A DNA stretch of 64,000 nucleotides from Ginglymostoma cirratum (taxonomy: Eukaryota), in contig JAHRHZ010000056.1 of the NCBI GenBank assembly GCA_024137785.1, forward strand, positions 13,566,404-13,630,403. Direction: 5' to 3'. Shown here in pieces: positions 12,486 through 23,651 of this stretch; the stretch's first letter is position 1; every line of letters starts with the position of its first letter. A program made the position numbers and the translations under genes. The notes beneath the pieces are model-generated. The model did no database searches, was not told the DNA's origin, and was given only the letters and a program-made list of their open reading frames with translations.

Positions 12486-12813
12486 ATAGAGTCATAGAAT
12501 CCCTACTGTGTGGAAACAGGCCCTTCGTCCCAACAAGTCCACACCGACCCACAGAGCATCCCACCCAGACCCACCTCCCTAAAACCCACCTAATCTACAC
12601 ATCTCTGAACAGTATGGGCAATTTAGTACGGCCAATCCACCTAGCCCACACATCTTTGGACTGTGGGAGGAAACCGGAGCACCCAGAGGAAACCCGCGCA
12701 GACATAGGGAGAATATGCAAACTCCACACAGACAGTTGCCAGAGGGTGGAATTGAACCCAGGTCCCTGATGCTGTGAGGTAGCAGTGCTAACCACTGAGC
12801 CACCATGCCACCC
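12486..12813 (-). mobile_element. Full-length HE1/V-SINE-type tRNA-derived SINE
   Basis: Minus strand reads A box TGGCTCAGTGG, B box GGTTCAATTCC, V-domain GTGTGGAGTTTGCATATTCTCCC..GGTTTCCTCCCACAGTCCAAAGA, and a CR1-like tail ATTCTATGACTCTAT. Confidence 0.92.
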
Positions 12814-13599
12814 ACATATAGTGTAGCATATTTGAAATTTACAGAAAACACTAAGTTAGGAATAGGATGTGTGGAGAGTAGCCACAAGTTACAAAGGGAC
12901 AAAGAATAAGGCCTAGATTTTCAGCCACGAGTCAAATGCGTCAATTTGGAGGAAGTCCTGCCCCTAGGAACCCAACTTCTAAAAATGACTGCGTGGACAT
13001 TAGATTTTCAGCCTGAAGTTTGAACTACATTAGAGCTCAGGCAGGGCAACCCCAGACCGAGAGGAGAGAGCTGGAGGGTAGCTGGCAGAAGACCAGCTTC
13101 CATGCACTGGCAATGTAGTGAAGATTTTACAAAAAGAATAAAAAGTTAAACAGCTCTCCAGTCCTCAGCCTTCTCAAACTCCTGTCCTGTCACACATTTC
13201 CTATGGCTTATTCATGCCACTCCATACCCTGTGCCAACATTTCCTCTGTGCAGCTAAGTGGCCATGCAACCACTCTGAGGATCTGCATATGACGATCAGC
13301 ATACCAGTGCCATTCCTGACATTGTATTCTGGTTTCAGAAGATGCTGCTGCACATAGACCTCAGAGGTCTGTGTAGAAGAAAACAAAATTAGAGGGAATG
13401 TTACCTTGTACCCATTTCCCATTACTCCTCAGAAACACCATGTCAGCCTATGCTCCTGTACCCACCCCATGTCTTTTATAGCTGCTGTGCAAACCTATGT
13501 CCCTTTATCCGGGCTACCAAAATCCAATTAATTGAGTGGAGGGAACTGATGGTGTAAAATGCCAGCTACGCACGTGAAAGTCACCACCCAAACCTTTTT

Positions 13600-14310
13600 C
13601 TAGAACAGTAACAGAAATTTCCAGAGAAACTCAGCAGGTCTGGCAGCTTTTGAGAGAAAGCACAGTTAACTTTTCGAATCCTGTGTGACACTTCCTCAGA
13701 ACTGATAGCGGTGTGGAGAAAGTTGTATATTTGCTGAAGATAGAGGGTGGGTGGGAAGGGGGTCGTTCTTGGAAAGAAATGAGTAGATAGGTGGAGATGG
13801 AGCCCAGTGAGAGGGTACAACAGTCAGGCAGACAAAGGAATGGATTATGGTAAGCCAGGGAGAAGGAAAGCTGATAATAGGGACCATGAGAGGTGAAAAT
13901 GCGTTGACTGTGCTGAAAGCAACCCGTGTCACAACATGACCTGGGTTGTGGGGGTTGGGTAAAGGACATAAGACCATAAGACCATAAGAGTGGAAGTAAG
14001 GCCATTCGGCCCATCGAGTCCACTCCGCCATTTAATCATGGCTGACGGGCATTTCAACTCCACTTACCCGCACTCTCCCCATAGCCCTTGATTCCTTGCG
14101 AGATCAAGAATTTATCAATCTCTGTCTTGAACACATTCAACGTCCCGGCCTCCACTGCGCTCCGTGGCAATGAATTCCACAGGCCCACCACTCTCTGGCT
14201 GAAGATGTTCATGTTCTACAATTGTTGAAGTCAATAATGAGTCCTGAAAGCCACGGGGTCCTCAAGAGGAAAATGAGATGCTGCTAAATCCAACTTGCGC
14301 TCAGTCTAGT
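13600..14310 (-). mobile_element. Penelope-like retroelement 3' end (GIY-YIG C-terminus, 3'UTR and pseudo-LTR with hammerhead-like motif)
   Basis: Minus strand 14305-14205 reads roughly ERKLD/QHLIFLLRTPWLSGLIIDFNNCRT* (one frameshift), matching the PLE ORF ending RKLEEQHLIFxLGTLxPxGLNxxF. Pyrimidine-rich UTR follows, then CTGAGGA..GAAA at 13704-13663. Confidence 0.8.
13966..14205 (-). mobile_element. Relatively young CR1 3' tail inserted into the Penelope element
   Basis: Tail repeat (CATAAGAC)x3 and a CpG-retaining CR1 3' UTR (ggccattcggcccatcgagtcc...gaattccacaggcccaccactctctgg). Confidence 0.85.
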
Positions 14311-14505
14311 AGTCTTGTAGCAAGTGCTTTCCCTGGAAATTGGAATGTACCATGTTCATGGAAAGGACTTGCAATTTCTGTAGACGCCTATCATTTTGCA
14401 TGACACAGGGGCTGCAATATCGATAAAATCTAGGCTATACTCTTTGGCATGACTGTCTGAAATCTAAAATGGCACTGAGTGACAGATAAGGTTTTTAAAA
14501 ACATC

Positions 14506-14741
14506 TCAGAGATAGTAAGAACTGCAGATGCTGGAGTCAGACGCAACACAGTGTGGAGCTGGAGGAACACAGCAGAACGGGCAGCATCAGAAGAATAGGA
14601 AAGTTAACATTTTGGGTCAGGACCCTTCTTCAGAAAGGAGGGTCCCTTCGTCTAAAGAAGGGTCCCAACCCGAAACTTCACCTTTCCTGCTCCTCTGATG
14701 CTGCCCGGTCTGCTGTGTTCCTCCAGCTCCACACGGTGTTA
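14506..14741. mobile_element. PLE-derived inverted-repeat element
   Basis: Arms ~14546-14633 and ~14651-14740 are reverse complements; same subfamily as 9003-9570. Degenerate 14-bp TSD TTTTTAAAAACATC (14492-14505) / TTTGTAAAAATGTC (14742-14755). Confidence 0.8.
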
Positions 14742-15609
14742 TTTGTAAAAATGTCGGTTGCCCTCCCCACCCACCGAGGTGTTTGGTAACTGCTGTTGTT
14801 CAAAAAGGTGAATCGCTGAGATTCAAGAACACCTCAAGTCAAAGAAGTTAGCTCAGGGATAGTTGAAATAATTCATATAAATTGCTGGGACGTTCATTGT
14901 CTTTACCGATCAAGAAATAATTTCCAGAGTTTTCCTAGAATTACTCTCTGGTTTGTTTTCTTTTGTCTTTTAGCTTCTCCTTAGAGATTACATGTCTTGA
15001 AGTTTGATGGGAGTGGACCCAGAGTTTTGTTTATGGTGCAAATACATTGCAACATGTCAATGTGGGAATGAGCTTAATGTACTAGGTGATCTTTTAATCT
15101 GTAACTCAATGGAGATTTACATGTGTTTCATTTTTCTGATCCAGATGTGTTACTTGGCAGATTAACTATGAAGTGTGATTTATTTTATTCTTTGAGATGT
15201 GTTTAGGCTTCAACTTCATGACTAAAGACTCTGTGTATGGGAACTGTGTAAATTGAGAAAAGAAAATACGGCCTTTGGAGCAGGAAGATGTTTACATCAC
15301 GGCCTCTGGATGGAAGATAAGTCTGAATACTGCCTGACAGTCAAAGAAAACAATCACATATGTGCATTTTGTCAGCTATTGGCTAAGCTTCTGGCTAAAA
15401 CACTTTACTCCAGCAGCATCATGGGAGAGGAATAACAATATTGGGAAAATATGATGATCATTGTCAATGATTTCAGTCTATAATTTGTCTCTAACTTGGT
15501 AAAGGTTGTGGATTCTTAAATGACTGTTACGTTCAATTTTTGTGAGGAATATTGCCCCCCCCATACGGAACATCAGCTGTCAGATTCATCTGTGGACTAA
15601 TCTTGATTT

Positions 15610-16345
15610 CCTTTAGGTTCTTCTTTCCTTGCTTAAAACTTGTTTCAAGTTTTGCTGCGGCATTGTGAATCATCTTTCACCACATTTTTTCCATCACTCG
15701 CATCACGTCAGTTGAGATACCATATTGTATTGGACTGGTCTTCAGGCAATCCTAATATCTTTTGAACTGTCATGCTTGAGAGCATTTATCTGGCTTCAGC
15801 TCACTGTGGAATACCTTCTTGGGTAATCTATTATCAGCATGTATCAAGATAATGATCCACCCTTAGATGTACCATTACTATTGTTGATTCTGTCTCTCAT
15901 AGTTACTTGCTTGAGGATCTCGATGGCTAGAGTTTTGTGCAAGTATTGAATAACCACTTCTGAGGAAGTCTATGTGAAAGTTACTGAGTTCTTTGGACAT
16001 GGCTAATGCAAATGATTCATCTATCGCACGATTACAGTAAGGGTGGTACAGATGTAACACATTTTCAATTTATCCGAGTTTGAAAAATAGAGGACTTATC
16101 TGAAATATGTTGCCTCCTCTTTCACTTCAGGATGGTTCCTGCAAATTCATTATTGAACCTTCTTGGTAACTGCACATCTTAAGTCACAATCTACAACAAT
16201 ATATTGGAACCAAATGAGTTTTTCTGTTCATTTCTTGTGTTTGATGTCAACTGCATTTGAAGATATGAGCTCTGACTTCTGGTTGCTGAAAATACAAATT
16301 GCAAGACCACAAAAACTGAAGCCAGTACTCAAAATAGAGAGATTT
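15610..16345 (-). mobile_element. Decayed RTE-clade LINE 3' fragment
   Basis: Minus strand ~15870-15735 gives DNRLPKKVFHSELK...QFKRY*DCLK, resembling the RTE C-terminal motif DxRLPKxxxYGELxxGxRxxGGQxKRYKDxLK; further decayed RT-like blocks lie upstream. Confidence 0.7.
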
Positions 16346-17121
16346 CAGAGCCAGTTATTGGTGTCAGAACTCCCACAACCAACAGCTCAAATCAGGAAAG
16401 TAAGGTTTCTTCCCCCCAGAAATTTAAGAGTCAGACATGCATACAGCTACCTGTGCAAACAAACATTCCTTTCTTTTTAAAAATCTTTTGAAGTCTGGCT
16501 AGATGGGAAATTTTTTCTAACAACAAGTGAGAGAGTGGGAGTCATTGGGAAGCAGTTGCAAAGTTGCTTCAAATAACAGTAGAAGAAGGAAGAGATTTTT
16601 GTGCCTATTAGATTCAAGGTAACAATGGTTTCTTCTTCTTCCTTCTATGAAGGAGCCACCCAGCCCTGTAAATGAGGCTGTTTTATTAGAAGAATGTTTA
16701 AAAATACGCAGTTGTATTTAGTGTTCTGGCGAGCATTCTGTAATCAAGTGAAATCTACCTCAGAAATTTTGAATTACTGGCTGAGTCAAAATGGCTATGT
16801 ATTGTCCACTCCCAGATGAATTGGAAATGAAGTGGAAAGAGTGCTACAGGCTGCATTGTAGCCTAGGTATCACTGAAGAGCAGAAAAAGCCAGAGTTTCA
16901 GTCTCTGCTTTGAAGATACAATTTCAATGTTACATTAATGTTACTTCTTAATGGTATCAACGTCAGAACTTAAGAAGAGAGTGGCTATTGATCACTGTGA
17001 CAGTACTGATATATTCAACTGAATGCTGTGAATTTGGACAACTGAGAAATGATCTGATCAGAGACAGATCATCAGAGATCCTCCAAAGAGAGAATCCTAC
17101 TTAGAGAAGAGAAATACTAAT

Positions 17122-17665
17122 TTGGAGTATCGTATTCAGTTCTGGGCATCTTATTTAAGGAAGGATGTTAAAGTCATGGAGAGAGATCAAAAATGATTTA
17201 CTGGAATATAGCAGGAATGAGGATTTTAGATACAAGGAAAGATTAGAAAGATTGGGATTGTTCTACATGGAGCACAGAAGATTATGAGGTGACCTTATTT
17301 GAGATGTTCAAAATTATGAACAATTTGGACAGGTAAAGAAACATATTCTATTTCCATTAGTTAGTCTATCAGGAACTAGGGGTCATAACTTCAAGATTAT
17401 CAGCAAGAGAGCTAGGAGTAAGATAAGGAGAAACTTCTTTACTCAGGGAGTTTTTAGGATTTGGAATGTGCTGACTGGAAGAGTGGTGGAGGCAGGTTCC
17501 ACAGGAGGTTTCAATTGCAAACTGGATATATATTTGAAAGGGATGAAGTTTGAGGGCTACTGAGATAGGGCTGGAGAGTGGATCATGCTAGGCAGCTCTT
17601 TCAGGAACTGGTACAAACATGATGAGTTGAAAGCCTCCTTCTGTACTATGAAATTCTATGATTCA
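17122..17665 (+). mobile_element. CR1 3' fragment inserted in Gypsy gag
   Basis: LEYRIQFWAS..RKD, RRL*GDL..MFKIM, actaggggtcataac, ending ttctatgattc; gag-like sequence resumes on both sides. Confidence 0.85.
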
Positions 17666-19050
17666 GTGAAAACATTCTTAAATCAAAGAATGCTGTGCAG
17701 AAGCCCCAAGATTGTTGATCACCAGCTAGAATGTATTAACAGGAAAACAGATGAGGCAATGCGTTATGCTGGCAGGCATTCCAGGAAGAATGGGAATAAC
17801 ATATTGGAAAAAAAAAGGAAGAAATATCTGCTGAAAAGCAGCAGAAAGATCAAGGCTAGAGTAAATAGTGCATGTAAATAGTGTGGAGGGAATCACAGCA
17901 AAAAAAATGAAGTGTGTTCAGCATGGAGAAAGCAGTACTCTAACTGAAAGAAGCTAAATTACTTTGTATACAAGTGCTTGGCTAGAAAGAAGCAAAGCAA
18001 GCCTACATAGCTGGCTGCTTGAAGGACATCAGCTGATGATTCTGCCAAATCACTTTACATCATGCAACAGGTTGACACTGGCAGGCCTAAAAGTGATAAA
18101 TGGTTTGTGATTTGTTATCATGCTGACAGCAGGAGGGGACATCAAGTGAATATGAAACTTCCAACAGACAAAGGTGCTTTGTACAGCATTGTGAATTTTG
18201 CAGAGCTGCGCAAAAATAACTTCAGATGGCGACCCAAAACTGAAGGCCTCACCTGTGACATTGAAACTAAATAAGACTAATTCTAAAAGGGCAAGTAAAG
18301 CTGAGACCTCAATGTCATGGGAAGAATGAAGACTTGGAATTCAAGATCGTAGATGTTAAGTAAAATCCACATATCTCCCCTGAAACAAGTCTAAAGTTTG
18401 GACCAGTAATCTTAAATGCGCCAGAAGAAATTTGCTGTGTTTTGCAGGCCTCTCAGACTTTGACTTCTCAACAGATCCTAAAAGATTACAAAGATGGTTT
18501 CCTGGGTCTTGGGTATCTTCCTAGTAAATATTATCTTGAAGTAGATGAAAGTAAAAGACATGTGAATAGGAGAGTTCCATCTGCCCTCAAGTCCACCCTG
18601 AAAGACAAGATAGGAGCGCTGGAAAGAAGGGAGAATCAAGAAAATGACAATTCCATCAATGAAAAACCCTGGAAAACTGAGAGTATACATAGATCCAAAG
18701 AATCTCAGTACAGCTTTGAAGAGATCTTACAACCCAATGCTAGCCATTGAAGATATTTTATCACAATTTGCCTGAGAAGGCAAGTCTTTACCATCCTTGA
18801 TGTGAAGGCAAGTCTTTACCACCCTTGATGCGACGATCAGCTAGGCCGAGTGAATGCGAAAGCTTTCTAACTACACTCTGGATTATATCTGGTTGGTGCA
18901 GATGGCTGTGCATGCCATTTGTCATTTCCACTGATCCAGAAGAGTACCAACAAAGCATGAAATAATAACTAATTTTCCAGAGTGGAAACTATTGTGGATG
19001 ATCCAGTCTATAGATGTGCAGGCACAATTGAAGAAGCCAACACAGAACAC

Positions 19051-19366
19051 GGCACGGTGGATCAGTGGTTAACACTGCTGCCTCACAGTGCCACGGACCT
19101 GGGTTCGATTCTACCCTTGGGCAACTGTCTGTGGAGTTTGCATGTTCTCCCCATGTCTGTGTGGGTTTCCCCGGGTACTCCGGTTTCCTCCCACAGTCCA
19201 AACATGTGCATGCTAGGTGGATTGGCCATGCTAAATTGCCCGTAGTGTTCAGGGATGTGTAGATTAGGTGGGTTATAGCGGGATGGGTCTGGGTGGGATG
19301 CTTTGAGGTTTGGTGTTGACTGGTTGGGCCAAAGGGCCTGTTTCCACACTGTAGGGATTCTATGAT
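19051..19366 (+). mobile_element. HE1/V-SINE-type SINE inserted in Gypsy RT with 6-bp TSD
   Basis: A/B boxes (TGGATCAGTGG, GGTTCGATTCT), V-domain and tail GGATTCTATGAT; GAACAC at 19045-19050 and 19367-19372. Confidence 0.93.
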
Positions 19367-21507
19367 GAACACAATCAGAATCTATCACAACTGCTCGAGA
19401 CAGCTCACCAGAATGACTTGAAAGTGAACAATAAAAAGATGCAATTGAAGATACCTAAAGTCAACTACATATCTCATGTACTGACTGTGAGAGGAATACA
19501 CCCAGATCTTGACAAGGTGCAGCAAAGATGCACAAACTAACAGTTGTGAAATCAGTGTAATGCTTTATTGAATTCATGAACTACTTTGCAAAGTTCATGC
19601 CTAATTTGTCATCAGAATGTGCAACTCTATGTTATCCCGCTATGTGTATGTAATGGATAGTATTAGGGAACAGAACAAGAAGCAGATTTCACTAAGTTTA
19701 AACAATTAGCAACAATAATACCACCGCTGAGGTATCACAATGTCAATTGTGAAGTCACATCGCAGTGTAATGCCAGCAAGTCAGGGCTTGGAGCAATCCT
19801 TCTGAGAGAAAGACAACCATTTGCATTTGTGTCTGGGCATTAACATAAACTGAATTCTGCTACAGTCTCATTGAGAAAGTGTGTTTGACAATTTCTTTGC
19901 TTGCGAGCATTTTAATCAATACCTGTTCTGGAGAGACGATTGACTTGTAGCTTGACCACAAGTCACTCTAAAGCAAAGAATGTTACTTAGTTTGCAGAGT
20001 TATCATCTGGATGAAACATACAAGAAAGAGAAACAGATGTACGTAACCAACATGCCATCAAAAGCAACTCTCCCCTTTAAGGGAAGTTATAGATGCTGAG
20101 GCAAAGTGTGAAATATTTCAGATCCAATGTGAAACAATGCCTTGGAAATAATCAACTAACAGGCACATTAAATCTGAAAGATGTTCAAATTCAGCAAAGC
20201 ACATAATAAAATGCAGCTGTCCGTGTGCTGCAGGAATTATGACGATAATATGGCCTGAAAGCATCATGGGCACATCCGTTGCTCTAAGAGATTTTTGGGC
20301 AGACAGAGATTAAATGATAGCCCAAGATGGGATCTTGTACGAAGCAAATAGAGTTCTTATCCCTGAGGAAGTGACGAAAGATATCTAAAGCAAATCCAGG
20401 CATGCCATCAAGGAATTTTGTAATCTGAGGAAGGAAAGAGGGGTATTCAACTGGCCAAACATGAGGATTAAAATTAACCACTACATCAACTAGTGCACTG
20501 CTTGTAATAAATACCAGATAAAGATAAGCAAGACAAAGAGCTGCTCCGATGAATGAAATCCCATATTACCCATGCATAAAGCTTGGAGTAGACTTCTTCA
20601 CTCTCACAGTAACTGATTACCTCATCACCATTGAGTACTATACTGACTACTGGAAACTAAACCATCTGAAGACTACTAGTTAGGTTATAGTATGCCTGAA
20701 AGCACACTCGAGTCATTACATTATTCCAGTCATTGCGATAAGTGACAATGGCACACAATTCATGAATGGAGATTTCAGACATTTCATAAAGGATTGGGAA
20801 ATTTAACACAGACATTATCTCTGCACGATCTGCAGTCAAATGGAAAGTCTGAGGCAGCTTCAAAATTACAAGTTGGATGATAAAGAAATTGAGCAAATCC
20901 AGCACAGACTTATTCAAGGCAATCCTTCAGTGAATGTAACACTACTTCTGAAGACATGGAAAGTAGTCCAGTCCAAAGATTAGTATTACATTGCTCCCAA
21001 TTATTCTTTTACAGCAAAAAAAACAGCTGAAGTTAGGAGTAGCAACAGGCATGATTAACAAAATCAAAGAGAAATGACAGAAAGTCAAATCTCACATTGA
21101 TAAAACTGCCAGGTAACATTAAGAGGTGAGCATTGGAGAGCCAACCAGAATGCAAACTTCCAGTGCTTTCAGCAAGAGTCAGCCCACATAGGCAGTTGAT
21201 CGCAAGATGTGATCGCATCACTTGTGCAAAGTACAGAATGACTATCAGCTACAGGATTCTGAACAATCTCCAGGAATGGAGGTGGATCAGGAACAACAAC
21301 TGTCATAGCAATAGCAGTAGCCATTGAATAATGCTTCCTGGAGAAGGGCAATCACCCTTAGTTTAAGAAGAGATGAGATGAACAGCCAACAACAGTGCAC
21401 ATCAATACCATAGGGAGACCGGCTCAATTTAAACAGCATATATACAGAGCATATGTAGACACTGATAAAATGTAGAACTGGCTAAAGTTAGCACGCTGTT
21501 TGTAAGT

Positions 21508-22415
21508 GAGTCACGGAGATTTTACAGGACAGAAAAGGCCCTTTAGCCCATCATGTCTGCGTCAGATGTAAAGCATCTAACCATTCTGGTTTCATTTTGA
21601 AGCACTTGGTCCACAGCATTGTGTGGCATGGAGTTTCAAGTGCTCGTCTAAATGCTTCTTAAATGCCTTGAGGATTCCTGCGTGTGCCACCATTTTAGGC
21701 AGTGAGTTCCAGATACCTACCACATGATGAAAGAAAATAAATCCTAAAATCCCCTTTAAACTTCCTGCTCCTTACCTTAAAACTATGCCACCTTGTTACT
21801 GAGATAACGAGGTGTAGACCTGGATGAACACAGCCGGCCAAGCAGCATCAGAGGAGCAGGAAGGCTGGCGTTTCGGGCCTAGACCCTTCTTCACCTTGTT
21901 ACTGATCCTCTAGCCAGGTACGAGTTCCTCCCTATCTACACAATCTATGCGCCTCATAACTTTGTGCAGCGTAATCAAGATCTCCCTCAGCTTTCGCTGC
22001 TGTAAGGAAAACAACCCCAGCCTATTCAGGCTCTCCTCATAGCTGAATCACTGCAGCCCAGACAACATCCTAGTGAATTTCCTCTGCATCCTTCATACAG
22101 TGTGGTGACCACAACTGCACACAATACTCCAGCAATGGCCTAACTAATGTTCTGTACAGCTCCATTACAACCTCCATGCTCTTGTATTTGATGCCTTGAC
22201 TAATAAAGGCAAGAATCCCTTACATATTCTTAATCATCTTAACTACCTATCCTGCTGCCTTCATAAGGATCTATGGACACGCACACCAAGGTCCCTCTGA
22301 CTGCCATACATCCTAGGTTCCTACCATTCAATATTGCCATGTTAGTCTTCCCAAAATGCATCACCTCATACTTTTCATTAATAAACCTTATTTGCCACTG
22401 TTTAGCCCATTATAC
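21508..22415 (-). mobile_element. CR1 LINE 3' fragment
   Basis: Reverse complement of the ORF2 C-terminus and 3'UTR (caactgcacacaatactccag, aaggaaaacaaccccagcctattc, ccaaaatgcatcacctca). Confidence 0.88.
21803..21891 (-). mobile_element. Solo PLE pseudo-LTR arm with perfect 14-bp TSD, inside a CR1
   Basis: CACCTTGTTACTGA at 21789-21802 and 21892-21905; the insert matches the arm of 9003-9570. Confidence 0.85.
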
Positions 22416-23100
22416 CAGCCACACAAGAGTTTACACACTGTTTACAAAGAGATCATTAAATGACATGTTATTGCCAGCGTAGGTAAGAATCTACTGCAGG
22501 GCATATCTGATGGCAATACTGAGTGACTCACAATGTTTACCAGGGACAGGCTTGTATATAATTTCTGTCTTTTTCAGATGGCGAGAGACTAAATTGCTAA
22601 CAAATATTCAAAAATTATTTACTGTGAATCTGTACAGTCAACAACGGCACAGACATTGGTGTTCAGGTCTCCAGAACATATGGACACACCAGTAGGGTAT
22701 GCTCATTCTCTTGATTCAGAAAACACCTACAGTGTCAATGCTTTGCAAATAGCTGAATCGGTGAGTGCCAGGACCATAGGCTATTCAGTTGCAAGATTGC
22801 CCAGTACACCTGCTTGGTAACTTCTGTGGCTCAAGGAGTGCATCGGTGCATTGCATCTGTTGATGGTGACCTTATTCTGAATTTTGTCGCACTATCTGGC
22901 AGGGGATGAGAAGAAGAGGAGAATACCAATGTTGCTGCAGAAAAAAGACACAGTTAAAGCAAAAACAAGTGAAGAAAATGCAGTGAGAAAAAAATTATTC
23001 GCACGTCAGATAATTGCACTGTAATGAGACGGCGGCAGCCTTTTTGTTTAGAAACTCATTGAGAAATAGAAGGAGTTTTTCATTATTTTTATTATTGCTG

Positions 23101-23463
23101 TGACGTCAAAGGCTGTAGTAAAACTCAGGGAGAGACGGTCACATGACCGCACGGCGCTGGTTGTGACGTCACGCACCGTCGTTGCCATGGAGCCCCCGTC
23201 GAGCCCCATCCAATAGCTATCGGCGACAGCCTTGACTGATGTCGGCACACACCAAGCAAGTGGGAGATCGTGGAGAGGGCCCCGCCCTCCTAACGCACGA
23301 CCAATCAGCGTCTTTCATTCCAGGCAGCCGTCCAGAAATGTGCCATCGACCGCTTGCGATTGGTCACAGCTGGACTGAGGGACGGGGGGTCATGCTAATC
23401 GGAGTTCGAGCCGGCAGAGGCACGGCCAGTGAGGGGAGAGAGGGGGCCATGAGGGGGCGGGAC
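23101..23463 (+). promoter_or_regulatory. Proximal promoter motif cluster (CRE x2, M-box/CLEAR-like E-box, RFX X-box-like, CCAAT x3, GC boxes; no TATA seen)
   Basis: TGACGTCA at 23101-23108 and 23164-23171; CGGTCACATGACCG at 23136-23149; GTTGCCATGG at 23181-23190; CCAAT at 23210 and 23301, ATTGG at 23359; CCCGCCC near 23281 and GGGGCGGG near 23454. Confidence 0.75.
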
Positions 23464-23651
23464 GGTGGTGATGGGGCTGAGGGAAAGTTCGAGTGAGTGT
23501 TGATGTACTGTGTGAGAGCAGAGAGGGAGCAGCGAGGGGAGTGGATCGTCTCTCAAGGAGCTGGTGGGCTAGGAGCAGCTGGAGGGGGTCGCTGAACAGC
23601 CGCCGCTGCCGCCATTTATTGTCTTCGAATTCCAAGTCCCGTCGATCGGCG

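Larger units (their letters stand above)
16359..21480 (+). mobile_element. Decayed Ty3/Gypsy LTR-retrotransposon internal region (gag-PR-RT-RH-IN), LTRs not found
   Basis: PBS-like TGGTGTCAGAA at 16359-16369. gag CEFGQLRNDLIRDR (~17025) and knuckle CK*CGGNH (~17875). RT LRVYIDPKNL (~18680), WLCMPF (~18903), IVDD (~18990). RNase H QCNASKSGLGAIL (~19760). Integrase LGVDFF (~20582), SDNGTQF (~20740), QSNGKSE (~20833). Confidence 0.9.

Noticed and set aside
12579-12902. Similar ORFs at 12579-12902 and 18982-19388 suggesting a small gene family
   Set aside because: Both are translations of HE1/V-SINE copies.
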